A stretch of 64,000 bases of DNA from an uncultured Flavobacteriaceae bacterium (GTDB lineage Bacteria > Bacteroidota > Bacteroidia > Flavobacteriales > Flavobacteriaceae), in assembly GCA_963932955.1 (NCBI GenBank), contig CAWVRK010000004.1, forward strand, positions 37,136-101,135. The letters are read 5' to 3'. Position 1 is the first letter of the stretch; each line of letters begins with the position of its first letter. Position numbers and translations under genes: made by a program. The notes beneath the pieces were generated by a model. It was not told the origin of the DNA and made no database searches. It saw nothing but the letters and a program-made list of their open reading frames with translations. Below, piece after piece: positions 30,870 through 41,049 of the stretch.

Positions 30870-32159
30870 ATGAATACGACCGACAATCCATCCAGAAAAC
30901 ACTGGGCTGTCTTGACCCAACGACCGACCAAGAAATCAAATGATTTGGATAAAGTCATTGGCGAAGTGTTTGACGAGGTAAAGAAAAATGGAGATGCTGC
31001 TTTGCGAACTTACACAGCGCGTTTTGACAATGTTGTCTTAAAAGACCTCAAAGTTAGTCAAGAAGAAATCGATGCCTCTGCGGCTTTGGTTTCGGAAGAT
31101 TTGAAAAATGCCATCGCTTTGGCAAAGCACAATATTGAAGTTTTTCACCGTTCACAAATCATGCCTAAAAAGGTTGTTGAAACCACTCCTGGAGTAACGT
31201 GTTGGCAGGAGATGCGCGCCATTGAAAAAGTAGGTCTTTATATCCCCGGAGGGACAGCTCCTTTGTTTTCTACTATCTTGATGTTGGGAATTCCAGCTGT
31301 CTTGGCAGGAAGCAAAGAGATCGTGTTGTGTTCACCACCCGATAAAGACGGAAAAATAAACCCAGCCATTTTGTACACGGCCAAATTGGTAGGTGTCACC
31401 ACTCTTTTTAAGTTGGGAGGCGTTCAAGCCATTGCCGCAATGACCTATGGTACTGAATCTGTACCGAGTGTCTACAAATTGTTTGGACCCGGAAACCAAT
31501 ATGTGACAGCTGCCAAACAACATGCTTTGACACAAGGAGTTTCTATTGACATGCCAGCGGGTCCCTCTGAATTGATGGTGGTAGCAGACGAGGCTGCAAA
31601 CCCCTCTTTTGTTGCATCCGATTTGTTGTCTCAAGCAGAACACGGGCATGACAGTCAGGTCATCTGCCTGGCAAATACGAAAAAACAATTGGAAGATATT
31701 CAAGCAGAAGTGGCTTTGCAATTGAAAGAATTGCCGAGAAAAGAAATGGCAGCCAATGCCATTGACAATTCCCAACTGATTTGTTTTGAGAAAATTGAAG
31801 ACCAATTAGATTTTATCAATGCCTATGCACCTGAACATTTGATTTTGAATGTTGAAGATGAAACGATTTACCTCGACAAGATAGAAAATGCAGGATCCGT
31901 ATTCATCGGACCCTACACGCCAGAAAGTGCAGGGGATTATGCCTCTGGAACAAACCATACCTTGCCCACCAATGCTTTTGCAAAAATGTACAGCGGTGTG
32001 AACATGGATGCTTTCACAAAGAAGATTACCTTTCAAAAAATTTCACAGAAAGGAATTCAAACCATAGGAAGTGCCATTGAACTTATGGCAGATGCCGAAG
32101 GCTTGCAAGCACATAAAAATGCCGTTAGTCTTCGATTGAAAGCCTTGAAAAGGGATTGA
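30870..32159 (+). CDS. hisD: Histidinol dehydrogenase
   Basis: VGLYIPGG, GGVQAIAA, GPGNQYV, DMPAGPSE, DLLSQAEHG, PEHL, GDYASGTNHTLPT. Confidence 0.98.
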   Translation: MNTTDNPSRKHWAVLTQRPTKKSNDLDKVIGEVFDEVKKNGDAALRTYTARFDNVVLKDLKVSQEEIDASAALVSEDLKNAIALAKHNIEVFHRSQIMPKKVVETTPGVTCWQEMRAIEKVGLYIPGGTAPLFSTILMLGIPAVLAGSKEIVLCSPPDKDGKINPAILYTAKLVGVTTLFKLGGVQAIAAMTYGTESVPSVYKLFGPGNQYVTAAKQHALTQGVSIDMPAGPSELMVVADEAANPSFVASDLLSQAEHGHDSQVICLANTKKQLEDIQAEVALQLKELPRKEMAANAIDNSQLICFEKIEDQLDFINAYAPEHLILNVEDETIYLDKIENAGSVFIGPYTPESAGDYASGTNHTLPTNAFAKMYSGVNMDAFTKKITFQKISQKGIQTIGSAIELMADAEGLQAHKNAVSLRLKALKRD

Positions 32160-32214
32160 TAATTTACAGCTAATAAAAAAGTTTGAAGCAGTCAAACACA
32201 CAATTGGAAAGACC

Positions 32215-33261
32215 ATGACTTTTGATCTTAAAAACAGCATCCGACCCAACATCGCCCAATTGAAGGCGTATTCTTCTGCGCGCGATGAATTTGAGGAAAA
32301 CACAGCAGCAATGGTATTTTTGGACGCTAATGAAAACCCCTTTCAAAATGGGGTAAACCGGTATCCGGATCCCAAACAGAAAAGTGTCAAAGCGCTGTTG
32401 TCAGAATTGAAAGGAGTTCCCGCAGATCAAATCCTTTTAGGAAATGGAAGCGATGAAGTCTTGGACCTGCTGTTTAGAGCATTTTGTGAGCCCAAGGAGG
32501 ATAATGTCATTTTATTACCACCTACGTATGGGATGTATGAAGTTTTGGCCAATCTGAACAACATTCAAATCAAAGAAGTGCTTTTAGACGCTCGTTTTGA
32601 CATCGATGTGGAACTCGTATTACAAGCCGCCGATGCCAAATCCAAAATGATTTTTTTGTGTTCTCCCAACAACCCTACGGCAAATACATTTTCAACAGAG
32701 TACATCGAAACCATTTTGAAAAATTTCAATGGATTGGTTGTCATAGACGAGGCCTACATCGATTTTTCTAGCCAAGCATCTTGGTCCGATAGATTGAAGG
32801 ACTATCCAAATTTGGTCGTTTGTCAAACCTTGTCCAAGGCTTATGGGATGGCAGGAATTCGATTGGGAATTTGTCTTGCTTCCAAAGAGATTGTAGCAGT
32901 ATTGAATCGCATCAAACCCCCTTACAACGTCAATGAATTGACGCAGCAAAGAGCTAAAGAACGTCTTTTAAAACCTGAAGAAGTTGAAAAAGAGATTGCC
33001 CAAATTATTTTGGAAAGAGGGCTGTTGGAAACCCACTTAAAAACCGTTTCCTACATAGTTGAAATCCTCCCTTCAGATGCCAATTTTATATTGGTAAAAG
33101 TCGATGACGCTGACAAACGATACCGACAATTGTTAGAAAAAAATATCGTCATCCGAAACAGGTCATCACAAGCCTTGTGTGAAAACACCTTGCGATTGAC
33201 AGTTGGAACGCCAGAAGAAAACGCAAAGTTGGTTGCCGCCCTCAAAGAGCTACAACCTTAA
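32215..33261 (+). CDS. hisC: Histidinol-phosphate aminotransferase
   Basis: LDANENP, NRYPD, GNGSDE, CSPNNPT, DEAY, TLSKAYGMAGIRLG, R.TVGT..EN. Confidence 0.97.
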   Translation: MTFDLKNSIRPNIAQLKAYSSARDEFEENTAAMVFLDANENPFQNGVNRYPDPKQKSVKALLSELKGVPADQILLGNGSDEVLDLLFRAFCEPKEDNVILLPPTYGMYEVLANLNNIQIKEVLLDARFDIDVELVLQAADAKSKMIFLCSPNNPTANTFSTEYIETILKNFNGLVVIDEAYIDFSSQASWSDRLKDYPNLVVCQTLSKAYGMAGIRLGICLASKEIVAVLNRIKPPYNVNELTQQRAKERLLKPEEVEKEIAQIILERGLLETHLKTVSYIVEILPSDANFILVKVDDADKRYRQLLEKNIVIRNRSSQALCENTLRLTVGTPEENAKLVAALKELQP

Positions 33262-33309
33262 AATAAAGAAATCAATGCACTGCAATCAATTGCAACAAAA
33301 TGCAACCAT

Positions 33310-34449
33310 ATGAAAAAAGTACTTTTTATAGACAGAGATGGCACCTTGGCCATAGAACCGCCTTTGGACTACCAATTGGACGCTTTAGAAAAGTTGACCT
33401 TTTACCCCAAAGTCTTTCAATATTTGGCGAAGATAGCCAAGGAGTTGGACTATGAATTGGTCATGGTCACAAATCAAGACGGTTTGGGAACAGACTCTTT
33501 CCCTGAAGACACTTTTTGGCCGGCACACAACAAATTGATTCAGGCCTTTGAAAACGAAGACATCGTATTTTCAGAAGTGCTTATCGACAAAACATTTCCT
33601 CGTGAAAATGCAGCTACAAGAAAACCGCGCACCGGTTTGTTGACAAAATACCTTGTCGATGGCGCTTTTGATTTGGAAAATTCGTATGTCATCGGTGATC
33701 GATTGACAGATATTGAGTTGGCGAAAAACTTGGGGGCCAAAGGGATCTTTATCAACAGTGTAGTTGGATTGGCTTCCGAAGAGTTGAGCGTTGAAAAAGA
33801 ACAGTTGCAAGAAGTTATTGCCTTGGAAACCCAAGATTGGAAAAACATCTATGAGTTTCTAAAATTGTCGGACAGAACAGCTGAAATCACTAGGAATACC
33901 AACGAAACAAAGATCTATATTCGGGTCAACCTCGACGGTACTGGGAAAAGTGAGATCGATACAGGTATTGCCTTCTTTGACCACATGTTGGATCAAATAG
34001 CCAGGCATGGAAACATGGATTTGACCATTCAAGTTCAAGGAGATTTGGAAGTTGACGAACACCACACCATCGAAGATACCATGATTGCGCTTGGAGCCGT
34101 TTTTGCGGAAGCCTTGGGAGACAAACTCGGGATGGAACGCTATGGGTTTTGTTTGCCCATGGACGATTGTTTGGCACAAGTAGCCATTGATTTTGGAGGT
34201 CGAAACTGGTTGGTTTGGGATGCGACGTTCCAAAGAGAAATGATTGGAAAAATGCCCACTGAAATGTTCTTTCACTTGTTCAAATCATTTACAGACGGAG
34301 CAAAGTGCAATTTGAACATCAAAGCAGAAGGAGCAAACGAACACCATAAGATAGAAGGAATTTTCAAAGCTTTTGCAAAAGCAGTAAAAATGGCAGTCAA
34401 AAGAGATGCCGAAAAAATGATTTTGCCTTCTACCAAAGGCATGTTGTAA
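33310..34449 (+). CDS. hisB: Bifunctional histidinol-phosphatase / imidazoleglycerol-phosphate dehydratase
   Basis: HAD motif FIDRDGT, TNQDGLG, RKP, then IGPD motifs [20 protein letters not shown]. Confidence 0.97.
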   Translation: MKKVLFIDRDGTLAIEPPLDYQLDALEKLTFYPKVFQYLAKIAKELDYELVMVTNQDGLGTDSFPEDTFWPAHNKLIQAFENEDIVFSEVLIDKTFPRENAATRKPRTGLLTKYLVDGAFDLENSYVIGDRLTDIELAKNLGAKGIFINSVVGLASEELSVEKEQLQEVIALETQDWKNIYEFLKLSDRTAEITRNTNETKIYIRVNLDGTGKSEIDTGIAFFDHMLDQIARHGNMDLTIQVQGDLEVDEHHTIEDTMIALGAVFAEALGDKLGMERYGFCLPMDDCLAQVAIDFGGRNWLVWDATFQREMIGKMPTEMFFHLFKSFTDGAKCNLNIKAEGANEHHKIEGIFKAFAKAVKMAVKRDAEKMILPSTKGML

Positions 34450-34474
34450 GTTCAAAATTGAAGAAAGAGAATTC

Positions 34475-35083
34475 ATGAAGATAGTGATTGTCAATTACGG
34501 AGCAGGAAACATTCAGTCCCTGAAATTTGCAGTGCAGCGACTCGGGCACGAAGCCTATTTAAGTCACGATGCAGCTGAAATCAAAGCGGCAGACAAAGTG
34601 ATCTTTCCGGGAGTGGGAGAGGCAAGTAGTGCCATGAAAATGTTGAAAAAAACAAAGTTAGATTTGGTTCTTCCGACATTGACACAGCCTGTTTTGGGGA
34701 TTTGTTTGGGGATGCAGTTGATGTGTCATTCCAGTGAAGAAGGAAGTACCAAAGGATTGGGGATTTTTGATGTAGACGTTCATCGATTCGAGAATTCAGT
34801 AAAAGTACCACAAATAGGTTGGAATCAAATAGCAAATTTGAAATCAACTTTGTTTGCTGGCATCAAAGAAAAGGAATACATCTATTTGGTTCACAGTTAC
34901 TATGCACCTCTGTGCAAGGAAACCGTGGCGACCACTCAGTACGGATTGACCTATTCCACTGCATTGCAGAAAGACAATTTTTACGGAACCCAATTTCACC
35001 CCGAAAAAAGCAGTAAAGCAGGAACACGGATCTTAAAAAACTTTTTAGAATTGGAATTTGATACAAATAACGTCACAAGATGA
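34475..35083 (+). CDS. hisH: Imidazole glycerol phosphate synthase, glutaminase subunit
   Basis: NYGAGN, FPGVG, GICLGMQ, VPQIGWN, VHSY, QFHPEKS. Confidence 0.97.
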   Translation: MKIVIVNYGAGNIQSLKFAVQRLGHEAYLSHDAAEIKAADKVIFPGVGEASSAMKMLKKTKLDLVLPTLTQPVLGICLGMQLMCHSSEEGSTKGLGIFDVDVHRFENSVKVPQIGWNQIANLKSTLFAGIKEKEYIYLVHSYYAPLCKETVATTQYGLTYSTALQKDNFYGTQFHPEKSSKAGTRILKNFLELEFDTNNVTR

Positions 35084-35808
35084 GAATTATACCCGCTATA
35101 GATGTGATAGATGGAAAATGTGTCCGCCTTTCAAAAGGAGATTACAACACGAAAAAAGTCTACAACGAACACCCTTTAGAAATAGCCAAGCAGTTTGAAG
35201 CACATGGAATCGAATACTTGCACTTGGTAGATTTGGATGGCGCCAAAGCCAGTCATATTATAAACCACAAGGTATTGGAAACCATTGCGTCCCAAACAAA
35301 TTTGAAAATTGATTTTGGTGGGGGCTTAAAAACTGACGAAGATGTGAAAATTGCTTTTGAATCCGGTGCCCGACAAGTCACGGGTGGAAGTATTGCGGTG
35401 AAACAACCTGCAGTTTTTAAAAACTGGTTGGAACGCTACGGTGCGGACAAAATAATTCTAGGTGCGGATGCGAACAACGAAAAAATCGCCATTAGTGGGT
35501 GGTTGGAAGAATCCGACGAAGAATTGATTCCCTTTGTAAAAAAACACTTAAAATCGGGAGTTTCTCATGTGATTTGTACCGATATAGCCAAAGATGGCAT
35601 GTTGCAAGGGCCTTCCTTCGCACTGTATAAAAAAATGTTGGAACAATTGCCTGGACTGAAATTAATAGCCAGCGGCGGCATTTCAAAATTTGACGAATTG
35701 CCACAATTAGAAGCTATAGGTTGTGAAGGGACCATTATTGGCAAAGCCATCTATGAACATCGCATCTCACTAAAGCAATTGGAAAAATTCATCCTATCAA
35801 AAGCTTAA
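35080..35808 (+). CDS. hisA: ProFAR isomerase
   Basis: [50 protein letters not shown]. Confidence 0.97.
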   Translation: MRIIPAIDVIDGKCVRLSKGDYNTKKVYNEHPLEIAKQFEAHGIEYLHLVDLDGAKASHIINHKVLETIASQTNLKIDFGGGLKTDEDVKIAFESGARQVTGGSIAVKQPAVFKNWLERYGADKIILGADANNEKIAISGWLEESDEELIPFVKKHLKSGVSHVICTDIAKDGMLQGPSFALYKKMLEQLPGLKLIASGGISKFDELPQLEAIGCEGTIIGKAIYEHRISLKQLEKFILSKA

Positions 35809-35898
35809 TTAGGAAAATAGGCAGATAACAACAATCCGGCATTTGGTGAATAGATGCTTTTGAAATGTAAGATTACAAGTTCAAAAAAATTAAAAAAT

Positions 35899-36654
35899 AT
35901 GTTGACAAAAAGAATTGTTCCTTGTTTGGATATCAAAGACGGAAGAACCGTTAAAGGAATCAACTTCATCGATTTAAAAGACGCGGGTGATCCTGTAGAA
36001 TTGGCGAAAGCTTATGCAGATACAGGAGCCGACGAGTTGGTTTTTTTGGACATTTCAGCGACAGAAGAAAAAAGAAAAACACTCTTGGAACTGGTCATGC
36101 GAGTCGCTGCGAGTATTGACATTCCATTTACAGTGGGTGGTGGGATTGCCTCAATCTCAGACATCGATGCCTTGTTGCATGCGGGAGCAGACAAGGTGTC
36201 CATCAATTCTTCAGCGGTCAAAAACCCCATATTGATCGATGAGGCATCTGCCAAATTTGGAGCACAGTGTATTACAGTAGCCATTGATGCCAAACAAATA
36301 GATGGCGAATGGATAGTACACCTAGTAGGGGGAAAAGTGCCAACCTCACTCAATTTGTTTGAGTGGGCATCAGAAGTGGAACAACGAGGAGCGGGTGAGA
36401 TCCTGTTTACTTCTATGAACCATGACGGAACAAAAGCGGGTTTTGCCAATGAAGCATTGGAAATTTTGTCCGAGATGCTAAACATTCCGATCATCGCTTC
36501 GGGTGGTGCAGGGACCGTCCAGCATTTCGCAGATGCCTTTACCAAAGGAAAAGCTGATGCAGCTTTGGCAGCAAGTGTATTTCACTACAAAGAAATTGAC
36601 ATTCAAGACTTGAAAAGGGAATTGCAAAACCAAGGCATTCCAGTCAGGATATAA
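35899..36654 (+). CDS. hisF: Imidazole glycerol phosphate synthase, cyclase subunit
   Basis: [59 protein letters not shown]. Confidence 0.98.
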   Translation: MLTKRIVPCLDIKDGRTVKGINFIDLKDAGDPVELAKAYADTGADELVFLDISATEEKRKTLLELVMRVAASIDIPFTVGGGIASISDIDALLHAGADKVSINSSAVKNPILIDEASAKFGAQCITVAIDAKQIDGEWIVHLVGGKVPTSLNLFEWASEVEQRGAGEILFTSMNHDGTKAGFANEALEILSEMLNIPIIASGGAGTVQHFADAFTKGKADAALAASVFHYKEIDIQDLKRELQNQGIPVRI

Positions 36655-36710
36655 GGACTTAGTTACAATGAAAACAGTTTGAACAAACCATCGAGATAAA
36701 ACAGACAAAA

Positions 36711-37316
36711 ATGAAAATAGATTTCTCAAAAGAAAATGGATTGGTGCCAGCAATTATTCAAGATGCCACCACCAAAAATGTGTTGATGTTGGGCTATATG
36801 AACCAAGCAGCATATGACAAAACCATTTCGATTCAAAAAGTAACTTTTTACAGTCGAAGCAAAAACCGTTTGTGGACCAAAGGGGAGGAAAGCGGTCATT
36901 TTTTAGAACTCGTTTCCATCACCAACGACTGTGATTCCGATTCCTTGTTGGTTCAGGTACATCCTGTTGGGCCAACTTGTCACAAAGGAACTGCGACTTG
37001 CTGGAATAGCGAAAATTTACAGACCTATGGTTTTTTAAGTGATTTGGAAACGGTTATTTCCGACCGAAGAATTAACAAAGACACTCAAAAATCGTATGTA
37101 GCTAGCATGTTTGAAAAAGGCATTGCTAAAATAGCACAAAAGGTAGGAGAGGAAGCCGTTGAAGTGGTTATTGAGGCCATGGATTCAAAGGACGATTTGT
37201 TTTTGTACGAAGCTGCAGATTTGTTATTTCACTACTTGATGCTTTTACAAGCAAAAGGTTTTACCTTGCAAGACATCGAAAACGAACTGAAGAAGAGACA
37301 CAAAGTCTCGAAGTAA
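36711..37316 (+). CDS. hisIE: Bifunctional phosphoribosyl-AMP cyclohydrolase / phosphoribosyl-ATP pyrophosphatase
   Basis: GLVPAIIQD, LMLGYMN, SRSK..LWTKGEESG, DCDSD, GPTCH, KVGEEAVE, EAADLLFH. Confidence 0.96.
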   Translation: MKIDFSKENGLVPAIIQDATTKNVLMLGYMNQAAYDKTISIQKVTFYSRSKNRLWTKGEESGHFLELVSITNDCDSDSLLVQVHPVGPTCHKGTATCWNSENLQTYGFLSDLETVISDRRINKDTQKSYVASMFEKGIAKIAQKVGEEAVEVVIEAMDSKDDLFLYEAADLLFHYLMLLQAKGFTLQDIENELKKRHKVSK

Positions 37317-37364
37317 ATAATAGCCCCTCCAAAAACAGGGTTTTAATGGAGAGACTTTTTTTAA

Positions 37365-37796
37365 TTAGGCAACAAACGCAACTTCCTTCATGCAAGTAAC
37401 TTCCGCATTTTTTACATGAACCCAATTTCCATTTGACTCTTGAATAGAAATATTGGCTTGGCCTTTTTTCCAAGTCTGATCTAAGAAAAGTTCGATGGAT
37501 GTGTTTGGTAGTGTTTCTAATACTTGTTCATTTTCATAGGTTGACCATTCAATCATCGGAAAGCCTTTTGCACTAATGTGCACTGCGTGATTTTTTTCTT
37601 TTTCAATTGCAAACATGTAGTTTCCAGAAATCTGAGACACAATCGGTTCAAAGAATGGTTGCGAATCACGGGTGATTTTTCCAATTCCATTTACTCCCAT
37701 AGGGTACTTTGACATGGTCAAGTGAAGTTCGTAAGACATTCCTCCGTCCTCTGAGGCCTTGACTTTGTAAGAGGTGACAAATCGTTCGTTTTCCAT
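37365..37796 (-). CDS. Hypothetical beta-rich protein, resembles DUF1842
   Basis: 143-aa ORF. FVTSY.., G.G.IT and L.LDQTWKKG.A...NGNW..V.N..V recall the DUF1842 pattern (from memory, not searched). Confidence 0.55.
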   Translation of the reverse strand: MENERFVTSYKVKASEDGGMSYELHLTMSKYPMGVNGIGKITRDSQPFFEPIVSQISGNYMFAIEKEKNHAVHISAKGFPMIEWSTYENEQVLETLPNTSIELFLDQTWKKGQANISIQESNGNWVHVKNAEVTCMKEVAFVA

Positions 37797-38030
37797 TACG
37801 CGTGTTTTATAAGTTAATAAATTAGCGATGCCTATTTTGACGAATCACAAAAAATGGGACTAGTCAAACGATTGGCGATGGGGGAAGTAAAATATAGGGG
37901 GGGGAAGTAATACTTAAATCTACTGCAATATATAAAATTCTTGTCTAAATTGTAAATATTTGTTAATTTTTTTATTCAAACATAAAAAACAACTTCAAGA
38001 AGTATTTATAAAAAAGCAATTATCGCGCAT

Positions 38031-38064
38031 AAAAAAGCCGATTTTACAAGATAAAATCGGCTTT
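38031..38064 (-). terminator. Intrinsic terminator after the outer-membrane protein gene
   Basis: AAAGCCGATTTTA-CAAGA-TAAAATCGGCTTT perfect stem; the A-run gives a U-tract on the minus strand. Confidence 0.8.
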
Positions 38065-38082
38065 GTCAGATGTGTTAGATGC

Positions 38083-38700
38083 TCAGAACTTGTAGGACAA
38101 ACCAAATACAAACTGATTGGGTTGGTTGTCAATCTTAAAGTTATTTATAAACGCTTCTTCCGCGCTGTCGTTATAAGCAGATTCGGCTTTGGAAAAGGCA
38201 GATTCATAACGAACGTCAATGCCTAGTTTCCAAAATTCAATGCCGAGACCAATTTGAAAACCGACGTTGATGTTTTCTTCTGCATCATCTTGTTCAAGAT
38301 CGATGCCTGCAACACTAAAATCAGAGTCCAAAACGTATTGAAAAGAGGGGCCGATAAAAAAGTTACCCACACCAATAAATTTCATTCCCAACAGAACGGG
38401 AACATCAATTCGATTTAAATTGAATTTTGCTGTCTGGCCAACACCCGGTAGGGAATATTCAGACGACAAAGAGGTGTAAATCACTTCGGGTCTCACATAG
38501 ATACCAACAACAGGAACTTTGAAACGCATCCAGACACCAGCATGGTAACCGGAAGAGTCATCACTGTCGAAGTTTTCATTTCCCATAGATAATTCAGAAG
38601 CATTGAAATTCAGACCTCCTTTGATTCCATAGTTTACTTGGGCAGTTGCAAATTGACAAGCAAAAACTACGAGTGCAATGGCAAAAATTCTCGTTTTCAT
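38083..38700 (-). CDS. Outer-membrane beta-barrel (porin family) protein
   Basis: Signal peptide ending ATA-Q, YGIKGGLN, RPEVIY, IDVPVLLG, GPSF, alternating beta strands, C-terminal GLSYKF. Confidence 0.88.
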   Translation of the reverse strand: MKTRIFAIALVVFACQFATAQVNYGIKGGLNFNASELSMGNENFDSDDSSGYHAGVWMRFKVPVVGIYVRPEVIYTSLSSEYSLPGVGQTAKFNLNRIDVPVLLGMKFIGVGNFFIGPSFQYVLDSDFSVAGIDLEQDDAEENINVGFQIGLGIEFWKLGIDVRYESAFSKAESAYNDSAEEAFINNFKIDNQPNQFVFGLSYKF

Positions 38701-38724
38701 ATTCGATCTATTTAGGTTATTAAT

Positions 38725-39696
38725 TTATTTTCTCGAAATCACTTTTTGAACTGCTTTGACGATTGCCTTGTCATTCAGCCCATATTTTTCCATCAATTGA
38801 GCGGGAGTTCCCGATTCGCCAAAGCTATCGTTTACCGCCACAAATTCTTGAGGAATAGGGGTGTTTTTTGCCAGTAGACCGGCAATACTTTCTCCCAAAC
38901 CTCCGATGTAATTGTGTTCCTCCGCGGTGACCACACATCCTGTTTTGGCGACAGAATTCAAAACCGCTCCAGCATCCAAAGGTTTGATTGTGTGCATGTT
39001 GAGGACTTCTGCAGTGATTCCCATTGCTTCTAGTTGTTCGGAGGCTTGCAAGGCTTCCCATACCAAGTGTCCCGTGGCCACGATGGTCACATCAGCACCT
39101 TCTGTCAATTGAATGGCCTTTCCGATGACGAACTTGTTTTCGTGAGCGGTATCCGTGTATTTGGGCATATAGATGGGAACTACAGGACGTCCAAAACGCA
39201 AATAGACAGGTCCTTCGTGCTCTGCAATAGCGATGGTCGCCGCTTCTGTTTGGTTGTAATCACAGGTATTGATGACCGTCATTCCTGGTAACATTTTCAT
39301 CAATCCGATGTCTTCGAGAATCTGGTGGGTTGCGCCGTCTTCTCCGAGAGTCAATCCCGCGTGTGAAGCACATATTTTTACATTTTTATCAGAGTAGGCA
39401 ACCGATTGACGGATTTGATCGTAGACCCTTCCTGTAGAAAAGTTGGCAAATGTACCGGTAAACGGGATTTTACCACCGATGGTCAATCCTGCAGCAATCC
39501 CAATCATGTTGGCCTCTGCAATTCCGATTTGAAAGAAACGTGTTGGATTTTCTTTGATAAAAGCATCCATTTTTAGAGACCCGATCAAGTCAGCACAGAG
39601 TGCGACGACATTGGGGTTGGTTCTTCCTAGTGTTGCCAATCCTGCTCCAAAACCGGACCGCGTATCTTTCTTTTCTGTAAATGTGTATTTTTTCAT
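38725..39696 (-). CDS. Transketolase C-terminal subunit (pyrimidine-binding + C domains)
   Basis: DTRSGFG, LCADLIGS, GIAEANMIG, HAG...GEDGATHQ, GPVYLRFGR, TIKPLD, AEEH, FGESG. Confidence 0.95.
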   Translation of the reverse strand: MKKYTFTEKKDTRSGFGAGLATLGRTNPNVVALCADLIGSLKMDAFIKENPTRFFQIGIAEANMIGIAAGLTIGGKIPFTGTFANFSTGRVYDQIRQSVAYSDKNVKICASHAGLTLGEDGATHQILEDIGLMKMLPGMTVINTCDYNQTEAATIAIAEHEGPVYLRFGRPVVPIYMPKYTDTAHENKFVIGKAIQLTEGADVTIVATGHLVWEALQASEQLEAMGITAEVLNMHTIKPLDAGAVLNSVAKTGCVVTAEEHNYIGGLGESIAGLLAKNTPIPQEFVAVNDSFGESGTPAQLMEKYGLNDKAIVKAVQKVISRK

Positions 39697-39762
39697 TGTA
39701 AAAATTGTCGTGTTTGAAAGTAACAAATGTAATAATTTTATAGAGCAATGTTCCTAAAAAGC

Positions 39763-40359
39763 TCACATTTTTGAGTCTTCAATATTTTTCAAAACTTCGT
39801 AGAGTTTGTGCATTGGAAATCCCATAACATTCGTGTAACTTCCTTCGATTTTTTCGACTGCTATTTGTCCCAGCCATTCTTGAATTCCATAGCTGCCTGC
39901 CTTGTCAAATGGCTTGAAATTTTGAATGTAATATGTAATTTCTGTAAGACTGAGCTTTTTGAAGTAGACTTTTGTTGTGTCACTCACCACTTCTTGGAAA
40001 TACTTTCCTTTGATACTTATGGATGTGATGACCTCATGAGAGTCTCCGGAAAGTTGCTGCAACATACAAACAGCATCCTTTGTATTTTTAGGTTTTCCCA
40101 GTGCTTTGCCTTGGTGCCAGACAATGGTGTCTGAAGTGATGACCAATTCATTGTCATTTATAATTTTGTCAAAGGGTTTTGATTTGAGATCGGAAAGGTA
40201 AGCGGTGATTTCTTCTCGTTGCAATTCTTTGGGATAGATTTCTTCTACAGGGAACAATTGCAAGAGATAGGGAATGTTTGCCTCTTTCAAAAACTGTTGC
40301 CTTCTCGGAGATCCAGAAGCGAGAATGATTTGGTAGCGGTCGAATAATTTTTCAAGCAT
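39763..40359 (-). CDS. Maf-like nucleoside triphosphate pyrophosphatase
   Basis: ILASGSPRR, SDTIV, LGKP, HEVIT, DKAGSYGIQ, GSYTNVMGFP. Confidence 0.93.
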   Translation of the reverse strand: MLEKLFDRYQIILASGSPRRQQFLKEANIPYLLQLFPVEEIYPKELQREEITAYLSDLKSKPFDKIINDNELVITSDTIVWHQGKALGKPKNTKDAVCMLQQLSGDSHEVITSISIKGKYFQEVVSDTTKVYFKKLSLTEITYYIQNFKPFDKAGSYGIQEWLGQIAVEKIEGSYTNVMGFPMHKLYEVLKNIEDSKM

Positions 40360-40400
40360 CTTGAATCATTTTTTTAAAAAGGAGGAAGGAAGGCTGTCAA

Positions 40401-40856
40401 CTAGAAGTTTTTTTTGATCCTCGCAAGGTCGCGAGCGTTGTCTCTGTCCTTTAGGGTGTTTCTCTTGTCGAAAAGTTTTTTCCCTTTGCACAAGGCGATG
40501 TTTAGTTTTGCCCACCCTTTGTCTGTGAGAAACAACTTTAAGGGAACGATGGTTAGCCCGACATTTTTGACTTCTTTTTCCAGTTTTTTGAGTTCTCTTT
40601 TGTTCAACAAAAGCCTTCTTTCACTTTTAGGTTTGTGGTTGTATGCATGTCCGAAGAGGTACTCTTCGATAAACATATTGACTACAAAAAGTTCTCCTTG
40701 TTCGTTGAATTCACAAAAGCTTTCTGTAATGCGGGCTTTGCTTTCTCGGATGGATTTTATTTCCGTGCCTGTCAACTGAATTCCAGCTGTATAGGTCTCC
40801 AAAATCTCGTATTCAAAACGCGCTTTTTTGTTTTGTATGTTTATCTTTTTCTGCAT
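40401..40856 (-). CDS. smpB: SsrA-binding protein
   Basis: NKKARFEY, AGIQLTGTEIKSIR, RRLLLNKRE, KGKKLFDKR. Confidence 0.97.
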   Translation of the reverse strand: MQKKINIQNKKARFEYEILETYTAGIQLTGTEIKSIRESKARITESFCEFNEQGELFVVNMFIEEYLFGHAYNHKPKSERRLLLNKRELKKLEKEVKNVGLTIVPLKLFLTDKGWAKLNIALCKGKKLFDKRNTLKDRDNARDLARIKKNF

Positions 40857-40994
40857 TGCTTTGCAAATGTAGGAAATTAATGGTCAAAAACATTCTTTAT
40901 GGAACCCCTGTTTTCCTTTGATTTTATGAATATTTCCAGGTTGGAACACAAGAACACCGTTGCTTTTGGGTAAAGGATTTTCAAGTTAATTGAT

Positions 40995-41030
40995 AAAAAA
41001 AACCGGTACAAAAAAACGCTGTACCGGTTT
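40995..41030 (-). terminator. Intrinsic terminator after dapD
   Basis: AAACCGGTACA / TGTACCGGTTT perfect stem; the A-run from 40995 gives a U-tract on the minus strand. Confidence 0.8.
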
Positions 41031-41049
41031 GATTTCGTATGTGTGCGGA

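Noticed and set aside
29353-37330. his operon as an island integrated at tRNA-Ala
   Set aside because: No integrase, no repeat of the tRNA 3' end seen downstream, and no obvious compositional shift.
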